Of a stretch of DNA of 64,000 nt, positions 10,432 through 20,141 are shown piece after piece (the first letter of the stretch is position 1; each line of letters starts with the position of its first letter). The notes beneath the pieces were generated by a model. It was given only the letters and a program-made list of their open reading frames with translations, made no database searches and was not told where the DNA came from. Both the position numbers and the translations under genes were made by a program. This stretch comes from an uncultured Verrucomicrobiae bacterium (GTDB taxonomy: Bacteria; Verrucomicrobiota; Verrucomicrobiia; Chthoniobacterales; Terrimicrobiaceae). The stretch lies in contig CAVPOC010000008.1 in assembly GCA_963706955.1 (NCBI GenBank), positions 416,001 through 480,000 of the forward strand. The letters run 5' to 3'.

Positions 10432-11955
10432 ATGAGAATACAACGCGCGCTGATATCAGTTTCTGACAAGGCCGGTATCGTTGATTTTGCCCGCGAAGTG
10501 CAGCGCCTGGGCGTTGAAATTCTCTCTACAGGTGGAACGGCCAGTGCATTGCAATCCGAAGGTGTGCACACGACCGGGGTTTCTCAATTCACAGGCTCGC
10601 CTGAGATTCTCGAGGGACGCGTCAAGACATTGCATCCAAAGATTCACGGCGGCCTGCTCTATGTTCGAGGCGACGAGGAGCATGAAAAGCAGGCGGATCA
10701 GCACGGGATAGTTCCCATCGATCTGGTGGTGGTAAATCTTTATCCCTTCGAGGCGACCATCGCCCGCGAGGATGTCACGCTGGCCGAAGCGATTGAGCAG
10801 ATCGACATCGGCGGCCCCTCCTTAGTGCGCAGCGCCGCCAAAAACTATCAATCGGTCACCGTGGTTACTGATCCCGCCGACTACGCGGCGGTTTTGCAAG
10901 ACATGAGCAAGGGAGGAGGTGGCACCAGCCGCGCGTTACGCGAACGGCTCGCCATCAAGGCCTTCACGGTCACGGCCGCCTACGACCGCGCCGTCGCTGG
11001 ATTTCTTAATCGCAAACAGGAAACGTTCGCCGCTTTCCGGCTGGATCTTCCACTGGAGCTTCGCCTCCGCTACGGCGAAAACCCTCACCAACATGCCGAA
11101 CTCTATGGCGACTTCGGCTCCTACTTCGAGAAACTGCAGGGCAAGGAACTCTCGCACAATAACATTCTCGATATCAGTGCGGCCGCGGAACTCATCTCTG
11201 AGTTCTCAAAGCCGACGGCAGCGATCCTCAAACATACCAACCCCTGCGGGGTAGGCTCCGCCCAGGATTTGCGAGACGCTTGGGACAAGGCATTTGCCAC
11301 GGACAAGCAAGCGCCTTTCGGAGGAATCATCATCTGCAATCGTCCAGTCACGCTCGCGCTGGCGAAGGCGATTTCGGAGATTTTCAGTGAAGTGATCATC
11401 GCTCCGGAATTCAACGCCGACGCACGCTCCCTCCTCTCGAAGAAGAAAAATCTCCGGCTGATGAAGATGCTTAAATCGCCGCCGGAGCGTAGTCGTGATG
11501 TGCGCTCGGTGGTGGGAGGCCTTCTTGTTCAAGACGCCGACTCCATCGATGTCGCTGGGCTGGAGCAGAAGGTCGTCACACAGCGGCCGCCGACCAAGGA
11601 CGAGATTGAAGCCATGGAATTCGGATGGAAAGTGGTCAAACACGTCAAATCAAACGCCATCGTCTATTCAGGCCGAGATCGCACCTTAGGTATCGGCGCA
11701 GGCCAGATGTCCCGGGTGGATGCCTCTCGCATCGCCGTCTGGAAGGCTCATGAGGCTGGCCTCTCCCTAAAAGGAAGCGCTGTCTGCAGCGACGCCTTCT
11801 TTCCATTCCCCGACGGACTCATCACTGCCGCGGATGCGGGCGCGACCTGCGTAATTCAGCCTGGCGGCTCGGTTCGAGATGACGAGGTAATTGCGGCCGC
11901 CGATGAACGCGGCCTGGCGATGGCGTTCACCGGCGCGCGTCATTTTAAACACTAG
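10432..11955 (+). CDS. purH: Bifunctional AICAR formyltransferase/IMP cyclohydrolase
   Basis: 'RALISVSDK', 'GRVKTLHP', 'IDIGGP', 'LRYGENPHQ', 'SDAFFPF', 'RHFKH'; start ATG 10432. Confidence 0.97.
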   Translation: MRIQRALISVSDKAGIVDFAREVQRLGVEILSTGGTASALQSEGVHTTGVSQFTGSPEILEGRVKTLHPKIHGGLLYVRGDEEHEKQADQHGIVPIDLVVVNLYPFEATIAREDVTLAEAIEQIDIGGPSLVRSAAKNYQSVTVVTDPADYAAVLQDMSKGGGGTSRALRERLAIKAFTVTAAYDRAVAGFLNRKQETFAAFRLDLPLELRLRYGENPHQHAELYGDFGSYFEKLQGKELSHNNILDISAAAELISEFSKPTAAILKHTNPCGVGSAQDLRDAWDKAFATDKQAPFGGIIICNRPVTLALAKAISEIFSEVIIAPEFNADARSLLSKKKNLRLMKMLKSPPERSRDVRSVVGGLLVQDADSIDVAGLEQKVVTQRPPTKDEIEAMEFGWKVVKHVKSNAIVYSGRDRTLGIGAGQMSRVDASRIAVWKAHEAGLSLKGSAVCSDAFFPFPDGLITAADAGATCVIQPGGSVRDDEVIAAADERGLAMAFTGARHFKH

Positions 11956-11972
11956 CGTGATCCAAAATCGAT

Positions 11973-13640
11973 ATGGGCCACTCCCCCGACGGCTTGGCTC
12001 TTCCTGACAAGCGAAAAACATCCATTTGGCTCGCCCTTAGAAATCCGGTCTTTAAGGGATATTGGCTGGCTGCTCTTGTTTCGGGAACCTGTGTCGCCGC
12101 CCACAACACCGCCGCCTTCTCGGTGCTGGGCCAGGAGAGCAACTCGACCATCCTTATCTCTCTCATGTCAACCCTCTCGTCCCTGCCTTTTGCCTTGTTC
12201 ACCTTGCCAGCAGGGGCGCTGGCCGACATGACGGAGCGCAAAAAAATTCTTTATGGAACGAGCCTATGGCAAGCCTCGGTTGCACTCTGCCTGACCATCC
12301 TCGCGCTGACGGATTCGCTCAGTCCGCATGTTATCCTGGCGAGCGTATTCCTGTTCGGGATTGGATTTGCCTTTGCTTCCCCGGCATCTGCCTCGGTCGA
12401 AGTGGAGATGGTTCCACCCGATCACTTGGCTTCAGCCAACACGCTTGGGGGCTTGCAGATGAACATCGCGGGCATCATCGGTCCTCTCATTGGAGGTTTC
12501 CTCGTGTCCCTTTCAGGACCCGGCAGCGCATTTGCTGCCAACGTTGGAGGCTTCCTAGTGCTGCTCCTGGCGATCTCACGTTGGAAGAGGCCGGCATGTG
12601 AGGCAAAAACTGCGCCCGAGGATTTCTTTGCGACAATCGAGACGGCGCTTCGCTACGTCCGCTACACGCCGGGCATAAGAGTTGTCCTGGCCCGAATCGC
12701 TCTTTTTTCCTTCTTCATCTCCATCATTCCAGCGCTCATGCCGGTGGTCGGCTTAAAGGAATTGCACTTGGATGCATCGGAATTGGGATACCTTTTCACG
12801 GCCATGGCGACCGGATCGGTGGCCGCAGCGGTCTGCGTCATGCCGCTAGCGCGGGCGCGCCTTTCGCCAAATAGGTTGACTCTTTACGCGAACCTCCTGC
12901 TCATCCTTAACTTGTTCTTGATGGCCTTCGTCAACTGGCCGTACGCATTTCTGCTGCTGGCGGCCCTCGGTGGCGCAGGCTGGACGCTGTCGGCCACCGA
13001 GCTATGGATCGCCGCGCAACGCGCCATGCCGGACTGGGCTCGGGGACGCTTGAATGCGACCATAGTCATGTGTTCACAGGCGGCGACAGCTTTGGGTGGC
13101 GTGATTTGGGGATCGGCAGCCGCGACGGCGGGGGTGGTGCCTACTTTTCTTGGCGCCGGCCTTCTCGCCATGGTCACTCTGGTAGTCGTCCATTTCGCGG
13201 TGCAAAAGCGACTCTCCATCGACTTCGCGGCCGACCTCAATTTGCAGCCGGCCGCTGTCACGATTTTTTCCCACGACCTGGACCCGATGCGGCTATCACA
13301 GGCGGAAGAGAACCCCGTCTCCATTATCACAGAGTTTGCCATCGATCCGGCAAACCGCGCGCAATGCACTGATTTGATGCGAGAAATCCGGCTTGTTTAT
13401 CTCCGAAATGGCGCCCGCAATTGGCATTTATACGAGGATTGCCGCCGGTCAAACCGCTTCCAAATGGAAGTGGTCGCCTCTTCGTGGAACGACTACCAAC
13501 GACAACACGAACGCTTGACCAGGGATGAAAAGGAACTTTTTGACAAGCTCGCCAGCCTGCGCGTGGACCCCGATTCGCACGCAGAAAGCATCCGTATTTC
13601 GATCAACAAGGAAGTCATCAAAAAGAAATCGGCGTCCTGA
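11973..13640 (+). CDS. MFS transporter with C-terminal soluble domain (MFS_3 type)
   Basis: Twelve-TM-like hydrophobic pattern, 'LPAGALAD', 'QRAMPDWARGR', C-terminal 'RNGARNWHLY' domain. Confidence 0.85.
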   Translation: MGHSPDGLALPDKRKTSIWLALRNPVFKGYWLAALVSGTCVAAHNTAAFSVLGQESNSTILISLMSTLSSLPFALFTLPAGALADMTERKKILYGTSLWQASVALCLTILALTDSLSPHVILASVFLFGIGFAFASPASASVEVEMVPPDHLASANTLGGLQMNIAGIIGPLIGGFLVSLSGPGSAFAANVGGFLVLLLAISRWKRPACEAKTAPEDFFATIETALRYVRYTPGIRVVLARIALFSFFISIIPALMPVVGLKELHLDASELGYLFTAMATGSVAAAVCVMPLARARLSPNRLTLYANLLLILNLFLMAFVNWPYAFLLLAALGGAGWTLSATELWIAAQRAMPDWARGRLNATIVMCSQAATALGGVIWGSAAATAGVVPTFLGAGLLAMVTLVVVHFAVQKRLSIDFAADLNLQPAAVTIFSHDLDPMRLSQAEENPVSIITEFAIDPANRAQCTDLMREIRLVYLRNGARNWHLYEDCRRSNRFQMEVVASSWNDYQRQHERLTRDEKELFDKLASLRVDPDSHAESIRISINKEVIKKKSAS

Positions 13641-13709
13641 CAGTCAAGGGAGTTTGCCAAACGCGAACTGAGAGTTGAAACTTCCCGGCGGAAGTGGTGT
13701 TTCTTCGAT

Positions 13710-14027
13710 ATGGATAAGGACGACGAGAACGATGCCTTGTGGGAGCTTCTAGGCCAGGCTCGCAGGGTCGAAGCATCTCCCTATTTCGCGCGGCGGGTCG
13801 TTGGAGCGATCCGAAACCAGCAAAAGCCCTCTCGCTTCTCGCTAAGTGTCCTTCTTCGCTGGCTTATCCCCACTGCGGCGCTGGCCGGACTCGTCCTCGG
13901 CTGGTTTGCCTACCAGAATCAGGAGCAGGATGTGTTCGACGCGGACTTCAATCGCACCGCGGATCTCCAGTCGCTCGTGAGTTCGGAGGATAGCTTCCTC
14001 TGGGTCGAGGAAGATTCTGCATTGTAA
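13710..14027 (+). CDS. Hypothetical single-TM protein (anti-sigma-like layout)
   Basis: 105 aa; N-terminal 'LWELLGQARRVEASPYFARRV', one TM segment, acidic tail. Confidence 0.6.
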   Translation: MDKDDENDALWELLGQARRVEASPYFARRVVGAIRNQQKPSRFSLSVLLRWLIPTAALAGLVLGWFAYQNQEQDVFDADFNRTADLQSLVSSEDSFLWVEEDSAL

Positions 14028-14046
14028 GCACTTATTTCAAGCCAGC

Positions 14047-14535
14047 TCACGTGGCATTCTGAATCAGGAGCCGCTCGACCACCTTGCGAGCCGGACGAGA
14101 TTTGCGGCGGTAGAGAACTTCTAGACTCTCGTCGGGCGACCCCCATTCCAAAATCTCGATGGTGACCTCCCGGACGCCCCATCGATGCATGGCACGGCTA
14201 TTCGGCTTGAAAAGGTCAATTGTATTTGTGCCAACAATCGCACCTCCGATGTCATCGATGATGTATTCACGACCGGTCTCAACAACTCGAAAGCGTGTCC
14301 CCAAGGGCCAACGCGACCAATCCGCCGCCGCACTGCTGAGCGCGCCCGACTTCAGACGCGTGCCAATGGAATTCGAATTGGCATGCGCACCATTTTCGGC
14401 TGCGCCGTGGGTATAGGCTGTCGTCCGGACCTTTTCAAACCGTTGTCCAATCTGGTTGTCGATGTCAGGGGCGCCAAACAACGAAGCCGCGGCACTCAAT
14501 AACGCTGCCGTGCAAAATAGGGGTCTCGGTTTCAT
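14047..14535 (-). CDS. 3D-domain-containing exported protein
   Basis: Signal peptide; 'TTAYT', 'AAADWSRWPLGT', 'IDDIGGAIVGTNTIDLF' three-Asp motif. Confidence 0.85.
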   Translation of the reverse strand: MKPRPLFCTAALLSAAASLFGAPDIDNQIGQRFEKVRTTAYTHGAAENGAHANSNSIGTRLKSGALSSAAADWSRWPLGTRFRVVETGREYIIDDIGGAIVGTNTIDLFKPNSRAMHRWGVREVTIEILEWGSPDESLEVLYRRKSRPARKVVERLLIQNAT

Positions 14536-14603
14536 CGGGCCGGAACGATACGCAGCAGCCAGGATTGTGCAAATAGTATTTTTTCTAATAGTGCAACATG
14601 CCC

Positions 14604-15593
14604 TTATTTCTCGAGAAGCTCGATGATCTTCGGGTAAACGATATCGATTCGCTGGTTGGTTTGGTTCGGATCGATAAAGTCGTGTGGAATCTCTTGATCG
14701 GCAGGGAATTGGAATGTCTCAATGCCAGTGGGGCGGAGAGCCCGCCAATTGGCGATAAGTTGCTCGGTAACTGCGTTATTTGCAGCGATATCTGAAGCGG
14801 ATGTTATCGTGAGGATGAGAGGGCATTTCGGTGGAAGGACGCGAGATTGGTCCAACACTGATCGTCCGAGAAACATCGTCTCGCCGATGACCCGGGTGGG
14901 AAATCTCGGGTAGGCATAGGGTGGTCCTGCCAAGTTTTCTCTTTGTCGCGGGTCCCACCAGAAAAACATGTTGGGAAGTCGGAGAAGGAGACGTTCTAGA
15001 GGTAGCAAAACGAAGTCTGGCAAATTGAAAGGAGCAAAAAACGGAGCAAGGAGAACCGCCTTGTGTAAATCTTTGCGATTCTGTGCCATCCAGGCCACCG
15101 TGGCCCCGTTGATCGAGAGGCCGGCGACGATAACGTTTTGGCCAAGACTCCGCGCCAAATCGGCTGCCTGGTTTCCACCTTCCAGCATATTTTCGCCGGT
15201 AAGGCCGCCCCACTCCGTCGCGAGTCGATTTTCCTCCCCATGATAAGGAAGAAGTGGAATGAGAACGTTGTGGCCGCGTTCAAATAGCTGCCGACCAAGT
15301 TCGCTAAACTGCGCCGGGCAATTGGAGAGCCCATGAAGAAGGACAAAGACCCGCTCGGTGGGCCGGCCATGCTCAAGAAGCTGAAGGGTGCAATTGCGTC
15401 GAACAGTCGTCGGCGCAGCAGCGGCCAGCGCTTTGATCGCCTGCACCGCTTCGTCGTAGCCAAGCAACTTCTTCTCGGCTGTATCGTGGAAGAATGGCCT
15501 TCGATTTACCGGGAGAAAGAAGACAGCGGCCAGCGCTCCCAGCCCCAAGACGGAAGCCATCAAGGTCGCTCGACGAAGCCGTCTGCTATTCAT
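14604..15593 (-). CDS. Alpha/beta-fold hydrolase, N-terminally anchored
   Basis: 'LLHGLSNCP' oxyanion region, 'GLSING' nucleophile elbow, 'AVLLAP', C-terminal 'PHDFID'. Confidence 0.8.
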   Translation of the reverse strand: MNSRRLRRATLMASVLGLGALAAVFFLPVNRRPFFHDTAEKKLLGYDEAVQAIKALAAAAPTTVRRNCTLQLLEHGRPTERVFVLLHGLSNCPAQFSELGRQLFERGHNVLIPLLPYHGEENRLATEWGGLTGENMLEGGNQAADLARSLGQNVIVAGLSINGATVAWMAQNRKDLHKAVLLAPFFAPFNLPDFVLLPLERLLLRLPNMFFWWDPRQRENLAGPPYAYPRFPTRVIGETMFLGRSVLDQSRVLPPKCPLILTITSASDIAANNAVTEQLIANWRALRPTGIETFQFPADQEIPHDFIDPNQTNQRIDIVYPKIIELLEK

Positions 15594-15637
15594 CGAGCGG
15601 GGAATAGTCTACTTGCCAACACAGGCGCACCAGATCG

Positions 15638-16312
15638 TCATACTCCACGAGCCCGAGGCTCCCAGATAAATTTGTGAATTTGGAGCTGAAATCGTGCAGG
15701 CAACCGATCTGCCAGCATCCAGTCCACGATCTGGCGCGGCTCAATCGAGCCGAAGACGGGGCTCAGGAGCACCGCCTTCACACGCTCGGCCAGCCGGTGA
15801 CTGTTAATCTGGCTGCGTGTCCATTCGTAGTCTTCGCGTGATCCGATGACAAACTTCACCTCGTCGCGTTGGCCTAAACACGCGATATTCGAATAGAGGT
15901 TCTTGTCCACTTCGCCGCTGGCAGGCGTCTTGAGGTCCATAATGCGGTGAACGCGAGGGTCCACCTTGGAGATATCATGAGCACCGCTCGTCTCGATGAG
16001 CACGGTGCGGCCTGCGTCGCACAGCGCGGTCATCAGCGGAAGGACGTTTTTCTGCAGGAGTGGCTCGCCGCCCGTGATTTCTACCAACGAACAGTCGAAC
16101 GCCAGCACCTCCCTGAGAATATCGCCCAAGGTCCTTCGGACTCCCTCGTAAAAGGCATACTCGGTGTCGCAATAGGTGCACCGCAAATCACAGCCGGTAA
16201 GACGCACGAAAACACACGGGAGGCCTGCCCACGTGCTCTCGCCCTGCACAGACAGATAGATCTCGTTGATCTTCAGCCGAAGGTTTTCGTCCACCACAAA
16301 AAGTTGGTGCAT
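15638..16312 (-). CDS. queE: 7-carboxy-7-deazaguanine synthase (radical SAM)
   Basis: 'SVQGES', 'RLTGCDLRCTYCDT', 'TGGEPLLQ', 'QLQIHK'. Confidence 0.9.
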   Translation of the reverse strand: MHQLFVVDENLRLKINEIYLSVQGESTWAGLPCVFVRLTGCDLRCTYCDTEYAFYEGVRRTLGDILREVLAFDCSLVEITGGEPLLQKNVLPLMTALCDAGRTVLIETSGAHDISKVDPRVHRIMDLKTPASGEVDKNLYSNIACLGQRDEVKFVIGSREDYEWTRSQINSHRLAERVKAVLLSPVFGSIEPRQIVDWMLADRLPARFQLQIHKFIWEPRARGV

Positions 16313-16350
16313 TCAGGCGTTTAAAGCCAAAACATTTCCAAATGGTGTGG

Positions 16351-17523
16351 CTATGGCTCTGATCCTAGCAATTCCAGGACTTCTCCGACCAAAAACAGCG
16401 AACCCGTAATTAACGTCTTGCCGTGGGATGCTTCCAGCGCCTCTCTCGCGTGGGCAAAAATTCGATGCGGCACACGACATGCGGATGCGAGGATCTCGGG
16501 AGCTGCCGCGCGCTCGCTGCGAACTGGGACGAGGAGGACTTCGCGGCTGATCGGCGCAAGGATCTCGAGCATCGTCGAGTAATCCTTGTCACTAAGTGCG
16601 CCGAAGATCATGTCCGCCTGCTCTGTGCCAAATAGATCTCTCCAGTTCAGGAGCAGTTGCTGCGCGGCATGCGGATTGTGGCATCCGTCGAGAACGAATC
16701 GTTCTCCGATCATTTGAAAACGGCCTGGCCAACGAACATCGCGCAACCCCTGCGCGATGGCAGCATCCGAAATGTCCAGGCCGGCCGCTCGAAGTGACGC
16801 GATGGCCAGCGCCGCATTTCTTTTTTGGTGCCTGCCCCGCAAGCCGAGCTCAGCGCCGTCCCAAGCTGCTTCCGCAAACGTCAAGGAGCACCCCAGTTCT
16901 CCCGCACGCCTGACGATCACCTCCGCAGCCGCTGGATCCTGTGGCGCGCTGACGACAGGCACGCTTGGCTTGATGATCCCCGCTTTTTCCCATGCGACCT
17001 CGGCCACTGTCTTCCCAAGCCAACGCGTGTGATCCAATGCAATGGGAGTGATCACCGAGACAACAGGCATTACCGCGTTTGTTGCGTCCAACCGTCCGCC
17101 CATTCCGGTCTCCAGAGCGACGAACTCGCAGTCCGATTCGGCGAAATGCTGCAAAGCAAGGGCGGTGGCAAACTCGAAGAACGTGGGCGAATGATCCCAG
17201 CTGGCAGCGAGTCGGCGGAGGTTCTCCAAGCCTCGCGAGGCTGCCGCGCGCGGGATCTTATTTCCGCACACACGGATGCGCTCTCGAAAATCAATCAGAT
17301 GAGGCGAAGTATATAATCCAGTCTTATAATCGGCAGCGCGGAGGATCGCCTCCAACATAGCGCAAACCGAGCCCTTGCCGTTCGTTCCGGCCACGTGCAG
17401 GAACGAGAGCTGCTCGTGGGGATCGCCCAACGCCTTTAGAACCCTTCGTATGTTGTCGAGGCCGAGCTTAATTCCAAACTGCTGCGTGGAATAAAGCCAG
17501 CCGAGCGACTCTTCGTAGGTCAC
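16351..17523 (-). CDS. folC: Folylpolyglutamate/dihydrofolate synthase
   Basis: 'HVAGTNGKGS', 'TSPHL', 'ETGMGGRLDATN', 'WPGRF', 'GSLFLVG'. Confidence 0.95.
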   Translation of the reverse strand: MTYEESLGWLYSTQQFGIKLGLDNIRRVLKALGDPHEQLSFLHVAGTNGKGSVCAMLEAILRAADYKTGLYTSPHLIDFRERIRVCGNKIPRAAASRGLENLRRLAASWDHSPTFFEFATALALQHFAESDCEFVALETGMGGRLDATNAVMPVVSVITPIALDHTRWLGKTVAEVAWEKAGIIKPSVPVVSAPQDPAAAEVIVRRAGELGCSLTFAEAAWDGAELGLRGRHQKRNAALAIASLRAAGLDISDAAIAQGLRDVRWPGRFQMIGERFVLDGCHNPHAAQQLLLNWRDLFGTEQADMIFGALSDKDYSTMLEILAPISREVLLVPVRSERAAAPEILASACRVPHRIFAHAREALEASHGKTLITGSLFLVGEVLELLGSEP

Positions 17524-18368
17524 TTCCGCGTCGGCGACAAGTAATCGAGAAGCTGACCGATGGTTGACCGCAACCTCGAACGCGGAACAACCATATCAAT
17601 CAAACCGTGCTTCTCCAAAAACTCTGCCGTCTGAAATCCTTCCGGCAGATCCTGGTGCGTTGTCTCCTTGATGACACGAGGCCCGGCGAATCCTATCATG
17701 CTTTTGGGCTCGGCAATGATAACGTCGCCCAGGGAAGCGTAACTGGCCATCACCCCGGCCGTGGTTGGATTTGTCAGAATGGAGAGGTAGAGAAGGCCTG
17801 CCCCGCTATGCAACGCCAGCGCTCCGCTGGTCTTGGCCATCTGCATCAGGCTCAACATGCCCTCGTACATCCTCGCGCCTCCCGAAGCACAGACGATCAC
17901 AACCGGCCACTTATTTTTTGTGGAGAGTTCAATCGTTCGCGTGATCTTCTCGCCGACTACCGAGCCCATCGTGGCCGCCAGGAAGTTAAAATCCATGACG
18001 GCGAGGGCCAGGGAATGGCCCAAAATTTTGGCGGTCCCGGTGGTCGCAGCGTCTTTCAATCCGGTTTCCTCCTGATAGCTTTTGAGACGATCCGCATAGG
18101 TGGCCACGCCTTTGAATTCCAAAGTATCCACCGACGTAAGCTCCGCGTCGGTCTCCGCGAAGCTCGCCGGATCGATCAGGCTGGCGATTCTCTGGCTGGC
18201 GCTCATGGTGAAGTGATAATCGCACTTTGGGCAAACGCGCAGGTTCTCCTCCAGGGCGAGATTATGAATCACCTCCCCGCAAGACGGGCATTTGGTCCAA
18301 AGCCCCTCTGGCATCTCGCGAGTTTTGCCTCCCATGGCCTTGAGAATCGGTTTTCTAAAAATCGGCAT
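17520..18368 (-). CDS. accD: Acetyl-CoA carboxylase carboxyltransferase beta subunit
   Basis: 'LWTKCPSC...CPKC' zinc finger, 'MGSVVGEK', 'SGGARM', 'GFAGPRVI'. Confidence 0.97.
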   Translation of the reverse strand: MPIFRKPILKAMGGKTREMPEGLWTKCPSCGEVIHNLALEENLRVCPKCDYHFTMSASQRIASLIDPASFAETDAELTSVDTLEFKGVATYADRLKSYQEETGLKDAATTGTAKILGHSLALAVMDFNFLAATMGSVVGEKITRTIELSTKNKWPVVIVCASGGARMYEGMLSLMQMAKTSGALALHSGAGLLYLSILTNPTTAGVMASYASLGDVIIAEPKSMIGFAGPRVIKETTHQDLPEGFQTAEFLEKHGLIDMVVPRSRLRSTIGQLLDYLSPTRK

Positions 18369-18506
18369 GATTAAGAGCGCGCGACGGCGCTAATAGCGTG
18401 CAAGAACGGACTTCGGAGCGCAAGGCGAACCACAGCAAATTCAAGCAAGCACGTCACTGCTGGCACGTCATTTAACCTGCACCAGATTGCGGCGCAACGA
18501 CAAGCT

Positions 18507-19226
18507 TCAACCACGAGCCACCGTCAAAGCGGAGATCCCCTCAGCTCCGGCGCCCAGGAGCATGCGGGCGCACTCGTCCAACGTCGATCCGGTAGTCAAG
18601 ACATCATCTACCAGCAGCAGCCGCTTTCCTTTGACTGCGGCGTTTCGGCGGACCCGAAAAGCGTCGCGCAGGTTTCTCATGCGACGGCGACGATCGAAGT
18701 GCGTCTGAGTGACCGTGTAGCGAGTTCTTTGGAGGGCGTCACAAAACTCCCACCCTTGATCTCGCGCCAGATCGCGCGCAAGAACTTCGGCCTGATTAAA
18801 TTCCCGCTCCCTTCTTCGCAACGGATGGAGCGGCACCGGCACCACCGCGTCAAAAGGTTTGCCAATCAGGCGGGCATCGCGCAGGCCTTGCCTAAGCATT
18901 TGCCCAAGCAATCCGGCGAGCCATGTCTCGCCGCCATACTTGAAGCGATGAATCAGCTCACGCACGACCCCGCGTGACTGCATCACCGCCACCGCATGCC
19001 TGAAATGAAACGCCTTCCCTCGACAGTTGGAACAGACGAACGATTCGAGCGACCCGGAATACGGTCGCGAACAAGTTTCGCAGCGCGGAGGCTCCACCGC
19101 GATCAGCAAATCCGAACAGTCTCCACACAACCAGCCCGAGCGTATCGCCACGGCACAACCGGCGCAGTGCCGAGGAAAAAACAGGTCGCCCAGCGTCTCA
19201 AGAACTACGCCGGTCCGCAGAGGCAT
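18507..19226 (-). CDS. ComF family protein (zinc ribbon + phosphoribosyltransferase domain)
   Basis: CxxC pairs, 'VPVPLH', 'FNQAE', 'LLVDDVLTTGST'. Confidence 0.9.
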   Translation of the reverse strand: MPLRTGVVLETLGDLFFPRHCAGCAVAIRSGWLCGDCSDLLIAVEPPRCETCSRPYSGSLESFVCSNCRGKAFHFRHAVAVMQSRGVVRELIHRFKYGGETWLAGLLGQMLRQGLRDARLIGKPFDAVVPVPLHPLRRREREFNQAEVLARDLARDQGWEFCDALQRTRYTVTQTHFDRRRRMRNLRDAFRVRRNAAVKGKRLLLVDDVLTTGSTLDECARMLLGAGAEGISALTVARG

Positions 19227-20130
19227 TCCTGAGATAATACCAGAGGCCCAGGCCGGTCAAGACGAGGGCCCCGAGTGGAAGGAGGCCGGTCGGCACTGCT
19301 CCGCTGACGACATTTGGGCCGATCCAAGGCCAGAAGACGTCCGGTGGCTTCGCCCGATACCTCGCCAGCAATTGAAGAGTTTGCTGGCCAAAGATCCAGC
19401 CCCCGTGAAGCCCAATTGCCAACCAAAGCGAACGCGTCCGGAGCGTGGCGACTGCGAGGATCAACCCGGCGACCACCAGAGAAACAAAGCCCGACCAGAG
19501 CAGCCATGGCGGCGGCACGGCATCGACGAATCCTACAATCTGGGCAAATCCAGACCACCATTCCACTACCGAGTCCTCCTTTTTGGCGGGCCTGAGAAAG
19601 TGGACGCCCGCAAAAACCAGGGAAACTCCTGCTGCGGCTGGCCACCGTCCGAATGCTTTGGCCGCCAGCCCCAACAAGACGCCCCGAAACAGAAATTCTT
19701 CGACGAGCGCGACGAATCCGGCCGTCATCGCAATGCGTAAAAGCAACCAAGGAACGAGATCCTGCTTGGCTCGATAAACGTCGAACATCAGGTAAAGACC
19801 GGCGAGCAGGGCGCCGGGGACCAGGGCAAGCGCCACACCGGCGAACGCGTCTCTGGCTGCGTGAGGATTTGGCTCGAGGCCGAACTCCCGGATGCTACGA
19901 ATTCCCAGCCAGAAGAGCAATGGCGCGAGCAAGACAAAAGCCGTGACCTGCGTCACCCGGCTGAGATAGCGATAGAATGGAAAATCCACCGCGGGGTGGA
20001 GCATCCAGTAGATCGGAGGCGAGAGGATGGCGCCAAGAAGCACAACGACCAGCAGATACAGCAGGATTTTCCCTAGGGCGGGCACCCCGAAGAGAAAATG
20101 TTGTCGAGCCGGTTGTGTCAACCGCCCCAT
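19198..20130 (-). CDS. CPBP (CAAX/Abi) intramembrane metalloprotease
   Basis: 'EEFLFRG', 'FAGVH', 'SLWLAIGLHGGW'. Confidence 0.9.
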   Translation of the reverse strand: MGRLTQPARQHFLFGVPALGKILLYLLVVVLLGAILSPPIYWMLHPAVDFPFYRYLSRVTQVTAFVLLAPLLFWLGIRSIREFGLEPNPHAARDAFAGVALALVPGALLAGLYLMFDVYRAKQDLVPWLLLRIAMTAGFVALVEEFLFRGVLLGLAAKAFGRWPAAAGVSLVFAGVHFLRPAKKEDSVVEWWSGFAQIVGFVDAVPPPWLLWSGFVSLVVAGLILAVATLRTRSLWLAIGLHGGWIFGQQTLQLLARYRAKPPDVFWPWIGPNVVSGAVPTGLLPLGALVLTGLGLWYYLRNASADRRSS

Positions 20131-20141
20131 GATGCCGGCAT

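Noticed and set aside
17607..18374. 255-aa plus-strand ORF
   Set aside because: Antisense shadow of accD
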